This document shows, piece by piece, positions 49,755 through 57,442 of a DNA stretch of 64,000 nucleotides. Position numbers and translations under genes: made by a program. Positions within the stretch are counted from its first letter, which is position 1, and every line of letters starts with the position of its first letter. The notes beneath the pieces were generated by a model, which worked only from the letters and a program-made list of their open reading frames with translations, did not search any database and was not told where the DNA came from. The stretch comes from Candidatus Uhrbacteria bacterium (GTDB taxonomy: Bacteria; Patescibacteriota; Patescibacteriia; UBA9934). The stretch lies in assembly GCA_903848275.1 (NCBI GenBank), contig CAINGB010000001.1, positions 1,175-65,174 of the forward strand, given 5' to 3'.

Positions 49755-50420
49755 ATGCATCATTTCCAGGAAATTCTCATCGAGATGGCGCGGTACCACA
49801 AGCTTGACGGCCGCAGTTACCGTCAAATTGCTTGGGAAATACACGCGGAGCACGGTAGTCAGGTGAAGTATCACCTCGACCGCCTTCTTAAGGACGGCAT
49901 TGTGATCGAAAAGAAGGACGGAACCTTCGTTGTCGCCGAGGACGCAAAGCGAAAGCCCTTACCTAAGGCAGTGGCCTTCAAACGTATTCCGCTTCTCGGT
50001 GCGGCGAACTGCGGTGACGCCACTATGATCGCAGAAGATCGCGTCGAGCAGTTCCTTCCAGTTTCGAGTAGCATCATCGAGCGAGACGCTGGTAAGTGGT
50101 TCGCTCTCCGTGCCGTCGGAAATTCCATGAACGAGGCGAGAGTCGGCGGCCTGACAATCGAAGACGGTGACTATGTCTTGGTAGACACCAGCGACAAGCA
50201 GCCAAAGGACAAAGACATCGTCGTTTCAATCATCGACGGCCTCGCCAACATTAAGATGTTTTACAATGACCAAGCGAACAAACAAATCACCCTCATCTCT
50301 CGCTCAACCGAGGAGCATCCGCCGATTCTCATTCACAAGAAGGACGCGGGTATCTACCTCATCGCAGGTAAGGTGAAGCACGTAATCAAGAAGCCGAAGA
50401 TGAGCTGGTCACACTCGTAG
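49755..50420 (+). CDS. LexA/S24-family repressor
   Basis: wHTH (SYRQIA...VKYHLDRL), IPLLGAANCG cleavage site, GNSM (Ser), IKMF (Lys). Confidence 0.88.
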   Translation: MHHFQEILIEMARYHKLDGRSYRQIAWEIHAEHGSQVKYHLDRLLKDGIVIEKKDGTFVVAEDAKRKPLPKAVAFKRIPLLGAANCGDATMIAEDRVEQFLPVSSSIIERDAGKWFALRAVGNSMNEARVGGLTIEDGDYVLVDTSDKQPKDKDIVVSIIDGLANIKMFYNDQANKQITLISRSTEEHPPILIHKKDAGIYLIAGKVKHVIKKPKMSWSHS

Positions 50421-50422
50421 CT

Positions 50423-51568
50423 ATGGAACAAACTAAGAAAAAATCTAGCCGCGGCAAATCAAGAAGCTACTCCAAGCCGATTGAACGCGCACTCTACGCA
50501 TTTGCAGCCGGACGTTGCGAGTTCAAAGGATGCAACAAGCCCCTGCTTGTTCATCACCTCTCGTTGAACGCGGGCAACTTTGCCGAGAAGGCACACATCC
50601 GCCCCTTTAGTCCGGATGGTCCACGAGGTACGGGATCATCAAAAGATCGGTCTGACATTAATGGCGTAAGCAATTTGATGTTGCTCTGCGGTGGTTGCCA
50701 CGAGGAAATCGATGGCCGCCCCGACGAATATCCGATTGACCTGCTCAAGAAACATAAGAAGGAGCATGAGGATCGTGTGTCGATGGTAACCAGCCTCGGG
50801 TCTGAGTGCCGAACAAAAGTCATCGTGCTCAAAGCGAATATCGCTGGCCAGCCGACGTCAGCCTCGGACGAAGATGTCTACAGGGCACTGTTTCCTAACC
50901 GTTGGGCAACAAAGAAGCCCGTGGATGTCATCGACCTAACGGGTGTACTCGACCGTGCAAATGGTTACAGCACTTTTTCAGAAACTATCGCCGATCATGT
51001 GCGTGGGTTTTATAGCGAAATACCGGATCACGTCTCGGTGTTTGCTATTGGACCAATGCCCCTGCTCATGGATCTTGGCTCCCGGCTCAGCAATAAGATT
51101 CCTACCGATTTCTTCCAACTTCATCGAGATACGAAAAGTTGGGAATGGAAAAAGGAGGGTGGCGCTACGCGCTATGTCACCAGTAAGGCTCGTCAGGGTA
51201 CCGACCCCGCAAAAGTAGCTCTTGTTGTTTCACTCAGCGGGACAATAGATATCGCTGCACTTTCGCTCGACGACAAGTACAGCGTCTATCTACTAACGTT
51301 AGACGGCGCCATACCGAACCCGGGGTTTCTGCAAACGCAGAAAGACCATGATGGATTCCGGGAGGAATACAGACGGTGCATCGCTCAAATCGCATCCGAG
51401 AATCCTACCGTTAAAGAAATCCACTTCTTTCCCGCAATGCCGGCTCCAATCGCTGTAACGTGCGGCTATGATCTTCTCCCGAAGGCGCATCCCGCGCTCA
51501 TCATTCATGACTACGACAAGGCTCTCGGAGGCTTTCGCGAGGTTCATAAAATTAATTTTTCCGTATGA
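50423..51568 (+). CDS. CBASS effector, HNH-SAVED (Cap5-like)
   Basis: GRCEFKGC, AHI, NLMLLCGGCHEEID; SAVED motifs VFAIGPMP.L..LG, FQLHR, IHFFPAMP. Confidence 0.9.
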   Translation: MEQTKKKSSRGKSRSYSKPIERALYAFAAGRCEFKGCNKPLLVHHLSLNAGNFAEKAHIRPFSPDGPRGTGSSKDRSDINGVSNLMLLCGGCHEEIDGRPDEYPIDLLKKHKKEHEDRVSMVTSLGSECRTKVIVLKANIAGQPTSASDEDVYRALFPNRWATKKPVDVIDLTGVLDRANGYSTFSETIADHVRGFYSEIPDHVSVFAIGPMPLLMDLGSRLSNKIPTDFFQLHRDTKSWEWKKEGGATRYVTSKARQGTDPAKVALVVSLSGTIDIAALSLDDKYSVYLLTLDGAIPNPGFLQTQKDHDGFREEYRRCIAQIASENPTVKEIHFFPAMPAPIAVTCGYDLLPKAHPALIIHDYDKALGGFREVHKINFSV

Positions 51569-52452
51569 CGTCACATGCTTATCTTTTGAAAGTCCTCGAA
51601 TCTCAACGTATTGTTCCGGGCAGCGCAGAACTGAATGCATTAACAACGGCACAAAAAGAGGTTGAGGAAATCATTCGCGCGTCGTTTAAAGACTCGAACC
51701 CTGTCATTTGTCCTGGCGGATCACTCGCGAAAGGCACCATGATAAAGGAATCCTACGACCTCGACATCATTTGTTATTTCCCCAAATCGGATGATGAACC
51801 CGGCGATACGCTCAAGGAAATTTACGAAAGCGTCGCTACAGCTCTGTCGGATAAGTATACGGTTCGTCGCAAGCGTTCAGCACTCCGTTTGTTCGATAAG
51901 GACACCGACACAAACGACTTCCATATTGATGTCGTACCGGGTCGTTACGTGGACGGAACGCAGGGAGACTGCTTCATTCATCAGCACGAAGGCGACAAGG
52001 TATATCTCAAGACGAACCTGCAGAAACACATCACCCACATCCGTAATAGTGGTGTCACAGACGCCATTTCGTTATTGAAGTTATGGAAAGTCCGCAATAG
52101 CATCCCTGTGAAGACCTTTGTTCTGGAGCTTCTGGTAGTTGAGGCATTGAAGGATCACAAAAACGACACGTTAAACGGACAACTCGAGCACGTGTTTTCT
52201 TTGTTGAGAGACCAGGAAATCGCTACCGTCACAGATCCGGCGAATGCGTCGAATGATCTATCGGACAGGTTTGATTCGAGCATGCGCTCTCGGCTGGCCA
52301 CAGAGGCAAAGAAAACACTAGAGGCTATTAATAACAAGGGATGGGAATCGGTTTATGGTGCCGTGTCGTCAGATGATGGCGCGAAGAAGATCGGTATCTT
52401 GTCGCGAGCAGCAAAGTCAGATGAAAGCTTTACTCGCCCTTGGCACTCATAA
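51565..52452 (+). CDS. CBASS CD-NTase (cGAS/DncV-like cyclase)
   Basis: GGSLAKGT, DLDI, IDVVP, LLKLWK, FVLELL, DPAN. Confidence 0.9.
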   Translation: MTSHAYLLKVLESQRIVPGSAELNALTTAQKEVEEIIRASFKDSNPVICPGGSLAKGTMIKESYDLDIICYFPKSDDEPGDTLKEIYESVATALSDKYTVRRKRSALRLFDKDTDTNDFHIDVVPGRYVDGTQGDCFIHQHEGDKVYLKTNLQKHITHIRNSGVTDAISLLKLWKVRNSIPVKTFVLELLVVEALKDHKNDTLNGQLEHVFSLLRDQEIATVTDPANASNDLSDRFDSSMRSRLATEAKKTLEAINNKGWESVYGAVSSDDGAKKIGILSRAAKSDESFTRPWHS

Positions 52453-52454
52453 AC

Positions 52455-53216
52455 ATGATAAGCCTGGGCGAAGTACAAAACGAGGTCTCATTAACGCAGC
52501 CGTATCTGGCAATCTCGGAAGAACCCGACGGTTTTGTTATGCGCGGCATTTTTTTGATAGCCATCGATGGCGAATTAGCTGACGAATATCGCGTGGAAAT
52601 TATTGTCTCGAGAGAATTTCCTGAGAACATGCCAGTCATTCGAGAGATTGGCGGTCGAATTTTTCGGTCTGCCGCTCATCATGTCGAAGACAGTGGTATC
52701 GCATGTTTGTTGACGCCAGAGGAATATCACTGGAAGTGGAAAACGAAAGAGAATTTTTCCTTGGCTATGTACCTTGATGGCCCAGTTCGTCATTTCTTTA
52801 TCGGTCAATCTCTCGTTGAGCTTGGACAACCCTGGCCTGCGGGAGAACGTGGCCATGGTGTTGGCGGTTTGTTTGAATGGTATAAAGAAGTCCTTGCCAT
52901 TACTGATGATGGCGCCATTATTCGCTCCATTGAAGCACTGCGTCGACATGTTAAGGGGCATCATTCGTGTCCGTGTGGGTCAATGGTTCCTGTCAGACGT
53001 TGTCATTCCTCCATTCTGCGGATTCGGAACGCGATTCCTCCTAACGTCATTCAATCAACGTACGACAACTATATGCGCGAACGAACATCGGCAATCAGCG
53101 CATTTAAAAAGCTACATCTCGCGACACGAAAAAGACAACTTCCATTTTCTCCGCCCATTTACGTCGAGACAGACTATCGACTCTGGCCATCACCACAAGC
53201 AATTTTACAATTCTAG
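52455..53216 (+). CDS. Prokaryotic E2-like protein with SEC-C zinc motif (CBASS accessory)
   Basis: FPENMP, HHV..SGIACL (E2-type Cys), WPAGERGHG, CPCGS....RCH. Confidence 0.75.
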   Translation: MISLGEVQNEVSLTQPYLAISEEPDGFVMRGIFLIAIDGELADEYRVEIIVSREFPENMPVIREIGGRIFRSAAHHVEDSGIACLLTPEEYHWKWKTKENFSLAMYLDGPVRHFFIGQSLVELGQPWPAGERGHGVGGLFEWYKEVLAITDDGAIIRSIEALRRHVKGHHSCPCGSMVPVRRCHSSILRIRNAIPPNVIQSTYDNYMRERTSAISAFKKLHLATRKRQLPFSPPIYVETDYRLWPSPQAILQF

Positions 53217-53708
53217 ATTCTCCTCCTTCAAAAATACGAAGTACCAGTGATGTTCACCATTACGAATCTCACGCGCTTTTAGCTCACCATTTCGCACCTT
53301 CTTTCCGATCGTCATGCGATGCCAACCGAATCTTTCCGTTAGCTCTTCTGACGAATACCAACTCTTACGGTCGGTGCACACGGAGCCGGGAATCACTCCA
53401 CTCTCGACCGCCCGTTGGCAAGGCATACACTTTACGTTGTATTGGTCGTACCAGCCTTGATCGCCACTGATCGTCTGGTGGCAAATCGCACAGTTGTATG
53501 TCTCATTTGATGGAAGTGCGAAGCCATTCGGCTCACCGACGAGCCGCTGCCTACATCGTTCGTAATGCTCCTCAATCCGCCCGAATGTCAGCATCAACTT
53601 GATCAAGTTTTCCGAGTATTCCAAGGCCTGATTATCGGTTAAATCCTCACCATACTCCTTCTTCCAAAACTCCTTACATAGGCGGATCTGTTCGTCTTTT
53701 GTGCGCAT
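53205..53708 (-). CDS. Hypothetical Zn-finger/HTH protein at the island end
   Basis: CAIC...CMPC, C-terminal HTH-like segment. Confidence 0.65.
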   Translation of the reverse strand: MRTKDEQIRLCKEFWKKEYGEDLTDNQALEYSENLIKLMLTFGRIEEHYERCRQRLVGEPNGFALPSNETYNCAICHQTISGDQGWYDQYNVKCMPCQRAVESGVIPGSVCTDRKSWYSSEELTERFGWHRMTIGKKVRNGELKAREIRNGEHHWYFVFLKEENLEL

Positions 53709-53870
53709 AGAAATATGCTTAAAACTCCCTTGAAATCATCGTATTCCTATTTTGAGACACAGGCCATTCTCGTGTCTCATTTGTCTCATTTCGCATGACC
53801 GGAGTCCCTGTGGCCTGGTCGCCCTAATCTTCGTAAACCCCCTTGAATACCGAGTTCAGTACCGGAGTGT

Positions 53871-53903
53871 CCTGCCACGTCGGTCGCGACCGACGTGGCC
53901 TGC
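53871..53903. repeat. 33-bp palindromic repeat, copy 2, at the right island junction
   Basis: Identical to 7951-7983. Confidence 0.9.
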
Positions 53904-54069
53904 CACTAACGTATCAGATCGCACCGAGCGGTCTGCCACGCTACGTATCAGGTTCCCTAAATGGCGCCTATCACGTTCCTGTAGCAAGCCACGTCCAAGT
54001 CGTACCAAAGTGACAACACACAAGCGCCATCAGGCGTTTTTGTGTTTTATGGGTTATACTATCGACAGT

Positions 54070-54336
54070 ATGTGGTATTTCTATATTCTCCAAAGCCTCA
54101 CCAAACCAGACTATTTCTACAAAGGCTCCACGAGTAATTTAGAAAAACGCCTAGCCGAACATAATCTCGGTAAAACTATCTCTAATAAACCATACCTCCC
54201 ACTTCATATCGTCTACTACGAAGCCTACACAACCGAAAAAGCCGCCGGACTACGCGAATCTGCAGTAAAACAAAGTGGCTCAATTTCAGTACCATTATTA
54301 AGACGCATTAAGGAAAGTTTAAAAACAGGCAATTAA
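54070..54336 (+). CDS. GIY-YIG nuclease
   Basis: WYFYILQS, YKGSTSNLEKRLAEHN, YYEAY, RE. Confidence 0.88.
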   Translation: MWYFYILQSLTKPDYFYKGSTSNLEKRLAEHNLGKTISNKPYLPLHIVYYEAYTTEKAAGLRESAVKQSGSISVPLLRRIKESLKTGN

Positions 54337-54337
54337 T

Positions 54338-55198
54338 ATGAAAGAACAAAAATTCAATACCGGCTCGTTGCAGCTAAATTACGTCGAAACAGCCACTGAC
54401 GGCATACCGTTGCTTCTCTTACACGGTGGCTCTTCAAGATGGCAGACTTTTAGTTCAGTTATTTCAGATCTAGAGAAATACGCCCACGTTTACGCCTTAG
54501 ATTTACGAGGGCATGGCCAATCAGACAGAGGCGATGACTACAAGATTCAAAGCTATGCCGAGGATGTCGCTGCATTCATAGCCAAACATATTCAAAAACC
54601 AACTGTTGTTTTCGGCCATTCCCTTGGTGGCATGGTCGGCATTATGTTGGCTGCTAGTCACCCCTCCTTAGTTAGTGGCTTAATCATTGGCGACTCACCG
54701 TTCAATTCAGATGTCTTGAAATCAGGTGACAATGCGTACGTAAAAAGATGGCAAGAGATGATTGAACAGGGAATGTCAGCAGAAGAAATCACCGAAGAAT
54801 TAAAAAACAGAAAAATTTACGTTCCTGAAAAGAAGCAAACGATCACAGCCCGCGAGTTTTATGGCGAAAATGATCCTTATTTCGCATCAATGGGCATTAG
54901 TTTGAGCCAAAACGATCCCGTCATGCTAGAGACTGTGACCAATAAAGTTGATGAAAGTTTCGCTGACTATAAAATCGAAGTATTATTTCCCAAAATCCAA
55001 TGCCCAGTTCTCGTACTCCAAGGTGACCCCGAGCACGGCGGCATGATCAAAGATAAAGATATTACCAAAGCTGAAACTTTGCTATCGAACGTGAAATGCT
55101 ACAAATGTAAAAACATTGGCCACGGTCTATATCTAGAAGACAAAGAACAAGTAGTCACTCAGATTATTTCCTTTTTGGAAGAACAGAAGAATCAATAA
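54338..55198 (+). CDS. Alpha/beta hydrolase
   Basis: LLHG, DLRGHG, GHSLGG, GH. Confidence 0.92.
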   Translation: MKEQKFNTGSLQLNYVETATDGIPLLLLHGGSSRWQTFSSVISDLEKYAHVYALDLRGHGQSDRGDDYKIQSYAEDVAAFIAKHIQKPTVVFGHSLGGMVGIMLAASHPSLVSGLIIGDSPFNSDVLKSGDNAYVKRWQEMIEQGMSAEEITEELKNRKIYVPEKKQTITAREFYGENDPYFASMGISLSQNDPVMLETVTNKVDESFADYKIEVLFPKIQCPVLVLQGDPEHGGMIKDKDITKAETLLSNVKCYKCKNIGHGLYLEDKEQVVTQIISFLEEQKNQ

Positions 55199-55203
55199 AT
55201 AGG

Positions 55204-55231
55204 AAATCCTGCTATTACAGCAGGATTTTTT
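55204..55231 (+). terminator. Intrinsic terminator
   Basis: AAATCCTGCT-ATTAC-AGCAGGATTT followed by a T-run. Confidence 0.75.
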
Positions 55232-55284
55232 GTTCGCTAAATCAACTATTTTGCACAATTTCCTTTTTATGATACATTCTCCCC

Positions 55285-55490
55285 GGTGACTGCGAGGGGT
55301 AGCACAAAGAAACTGACAGGGCTTCGGCCAAGTCGGCGTGCTACAAGATGCGATGGTGCCAAATTCATGCCATCACTTCTACCCGAAGGGACGAATCACG
55401 ATTTTTGGATCTTGATATCTGTAGACAAGTGGTCACCACCTCTCCCTGACACCCAGAAGGCTTCGGCTAACTGGGTGTCTAATTTTTTTT
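55285..55490 (+). ncRNA. Candidate unannotated structured sRNA with its own promoter and terminator
   Basis: TTGCAC...TGnTACATT promoter; GGTGACTGC/GTGGTCACC closing stem; two C(UUCG)G hairpins; stem plus T8 terminator. Confidence 0.6.
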
Positions 55491-55498
55491 ACTAGGCA

Positions 55499-56506
55499 CT
55501 AACCTCTCCCCAAAAACTCCACTAACGCCACCTCATGTTTGCGCAGATGAGGAAACTTTTTCATCGAACTCAACTTCGGTTCTCGCCAGCTAAATCTCTG
55601 CTCAATATAACAAGTAATAACATCCGGGTGAATATAACTCCGTCTACACACCGCGCTCGTATTGCCGAGCGCCTCCGCCGCCTTACTTATAGCCTCTTTT
55701 ATATTTCGTTGTAATTCTTTTTTATTTCCCGGCGTCGACGTTTTCCACAAATGCTCCGCCACAATCACGGTGCCGTGCCACGTCCGGAAGTCCTTGGCCG
55801 TCACCTCCCTTTTGGCTATCTCTTGCAAATACTCGTTCACGTCCGTGGATTTGATGTCATGCACGGCGTCATTATCATCCACATACTCAAACAACTCATG
55901 CCCAGGAATATCCTGGCACGCCGCCACCACTTGCCGTAATCGTGCATCATGCAGCGGCACTTCATGCACAATTCCCTCCTTGCCCTTAAAAACGAGCCTC
56001 ATTTTCTCACCCGTCCCTTTAACGTGCCTATTCTCCAGCGTCGTCAAACCATAAGTCCCATTCTCTTCCGCATACTCATCGTTACCAATCCTCACATATT
56101 CATCATCGAGTAGCTTCACAATCGCCGCCAACACTTTTTCCTTATTCATTTCAGCCGACGCAAAATCCCGCGCCACAATCCGCCGTATCGGTGACAACGA
56201 CTTGGCAAAATCCACCAGTCGATGAAACTTCTTCTCATCCTGCTTAGCCGTCCAGTCAACATGATAAATATATTGTTTGCGGCCTTTACTATCACATCCC
56301 GTCGCTTGCAAATGTCCATTCGGCAACGCACAAATCCAAACATCTGTATACGCCGGCGGAATCGCCAACGCCTTAATTCTCGCCAGTGTTTCCCTGTCTT
56401 TCACCTTTTTCCCAGCCGCATCCACATACCAAAAAAACCCCAACCTCTTCCGTCGAGTAATCCCTGGCTGCTCATCGGTCACATAAATAAGCTTCATCAA
56501 GCCCAT
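55499..56506 (-). CDS. Bacterial DNA topoisomerase IB
   Basis: IPPAY, GRKQY, RIGN, FKGK, KDFRTW, LGNT, SYIHP. Confidence 0.93.
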   Translation of the reverse strand: MGLMKLIYVTDEQPGITRRKRLGFFWYVDAAGKKVKDRETLARIKALAIPPAYTDVWICALPNGHLQATGCDSKGRKQYIYHVDWTAKQDEKKFHRLVDFAKSLSPIRRIVARDFASAEMNKEKVLAAIVKLLDDEYVRIGNDEYAEENGTYGLTTLENRHVKGTGEKMRLVFKGKEGIVHEVPLHDARLRQVVAACQDIPGHELFEYVDDNDAVHDIKSTDVNEYLQEIAKREVTAKDFRTWHGTVIVAEHLWKTSTPGNKKELQRNIKEAISKAAEALGNTSAVCRRSYIHPDVITCYIEQRFSWREPKLSSMKKFPHLRKHEVALVEFLGRG

Positions 56507-56546
56507 TATATCATGTTATACTTTCTCTAGTTTTAATCTACTGAAT

Positions 56547-56990
56547 ATGTTCGGACTCAAACGCTCCGCTGTCAAAATTAAAGCCTGGCTCAGTCACCGT
56601 CCAATACTCTATGCTTTAATCGGCGGTATCGGCGTTGTCCTCTTTTGGCGCGGCGTCTGGCACACCGTGGATTACCTCATGCTGCTCACTCAACATTCTA
56701 TCGCCCACACTTCTATCGACTTAACCACCAATCTCTGGTGGGACGGTCCGTTATCACTCGTTGTCGGATCTTTCATCCTCCTCAGTACCAGCGCCTTTGT
56801 CTTCAGCCTCATTGGTAACGAAATAATTATCTCTGGCTTACAAGCTGAAAAACGTCAACTTGCTAAAACCGGCAGCATCATGCACAGCGAATCACAGGAA
56901 ATAGATGAGCTCCGCCAGGCTTTTGCTAATATTTCATCCAAGCTCGAACATCTGGAGCGTGATGTCAACAAGAGCAATAACAAAAAATAA
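56547..56990 (+). CDS. Hypothetical membrane protein
   Basis: GVVLFWRGVW, 2 TM segments and a coiled coil. Confidence 0.7.
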   Translation: MFGLKRSAVKIKAWLSHRPILYALIGGIGVVLFWRGVWHTVDYLMLLTQHSIAHTSIDLTTNLWWDGPLSLVVGSFILLSTSAFVFSLIGNEIIISGLQAEKRQLAKTGSIMHSESQEIDELRQAFANISSKLEHLERDVNKSNNKK

Positions 56991-56991
56991 T

Positions 56992-57396
56992 ATGACTCAT
57001 ATCCCCTCCTTCCACACTAACATCATCCAAGCTGTCACTACTAACGAATATTTCAGGCGCGTGCTTTTTACCGGGGCAAAATCACAACTCGTTGTCATGA
57101 ACATTCCCCCGGGCGGTGAAGTCGGCCAAGAAACTCACCAGCACGTCGAGCAAACACTGTACTTCGAATCTGGTACCGGTCAGGCTATTCTCGACGGCCT
57201 ATCAACACCTATCGTGCCTGGCGACGTCGTGGTTGTTACCCCTGGCACGCAACATAACTTTCTTAATACCGGCACAACTCCACTCAAAATTTTCACCACC
57301 TATTCACCACCAAATCACCTCGACGGTCGCATTCAAGCCACTAAAGCCGACGCCGACGCGGACCGAGCCGACGAAAACTTCGGCGAGGCTCAGTAA
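56992..57396 (+). CDS. Cupin-domain protein
   Basis: QLVVM, GQETH..EQ, PGTQHNF, YSPPNH. Confidence 0.88.
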   Translation: MTHIPSFHTNIIQAVTTNEYFRRVLFTGAKSQLVVMNIPPGGEVGQETHQHVEQTLYFESGTGQAILDGLSTPIVPGDVVVVTPGTQHNFLNTGTTPLKIFTTYSPPNHLDGRIQATKADADADRADENFGEAQ

Positions 57397-57442
57397 AAAA
57401 TATGGTACACTTAAGGTAGTTAATTTTATTTCTACCTTGAGT

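Larger units (their letters stand above)
31154..53877. mobile_element. Integrative defence island at the tRNA-Trp 3' end (serine recombinase and terminase; satellite- or relic-prophage-like)
   Basis: CCTGCCA at 31147-31153 and 53871-53877; recombinase, terminase, methylases and defence cargo between them. Confidence 0.75.

Noticed and set aside
45127-50420. Complete prophage
   Set aside because: No portal, capsid, tail or lysis genes
53752-54069. N-terminal extension of the GIY-YIG ORF
   Set aside because: Runs across the island junction and palindrome; the domain starts at ATG 54070
55286-55495. 69-aa ORF
   Set aside because: Starts at the predicted TSS with no RBS, runs through a terminator and is better explained as structured RNA
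57116-57442. N-terminal extension of the 943-aa ORF
   Set aside because: Overlaps the cupin gene; the signal peptide begins at ATG 57443
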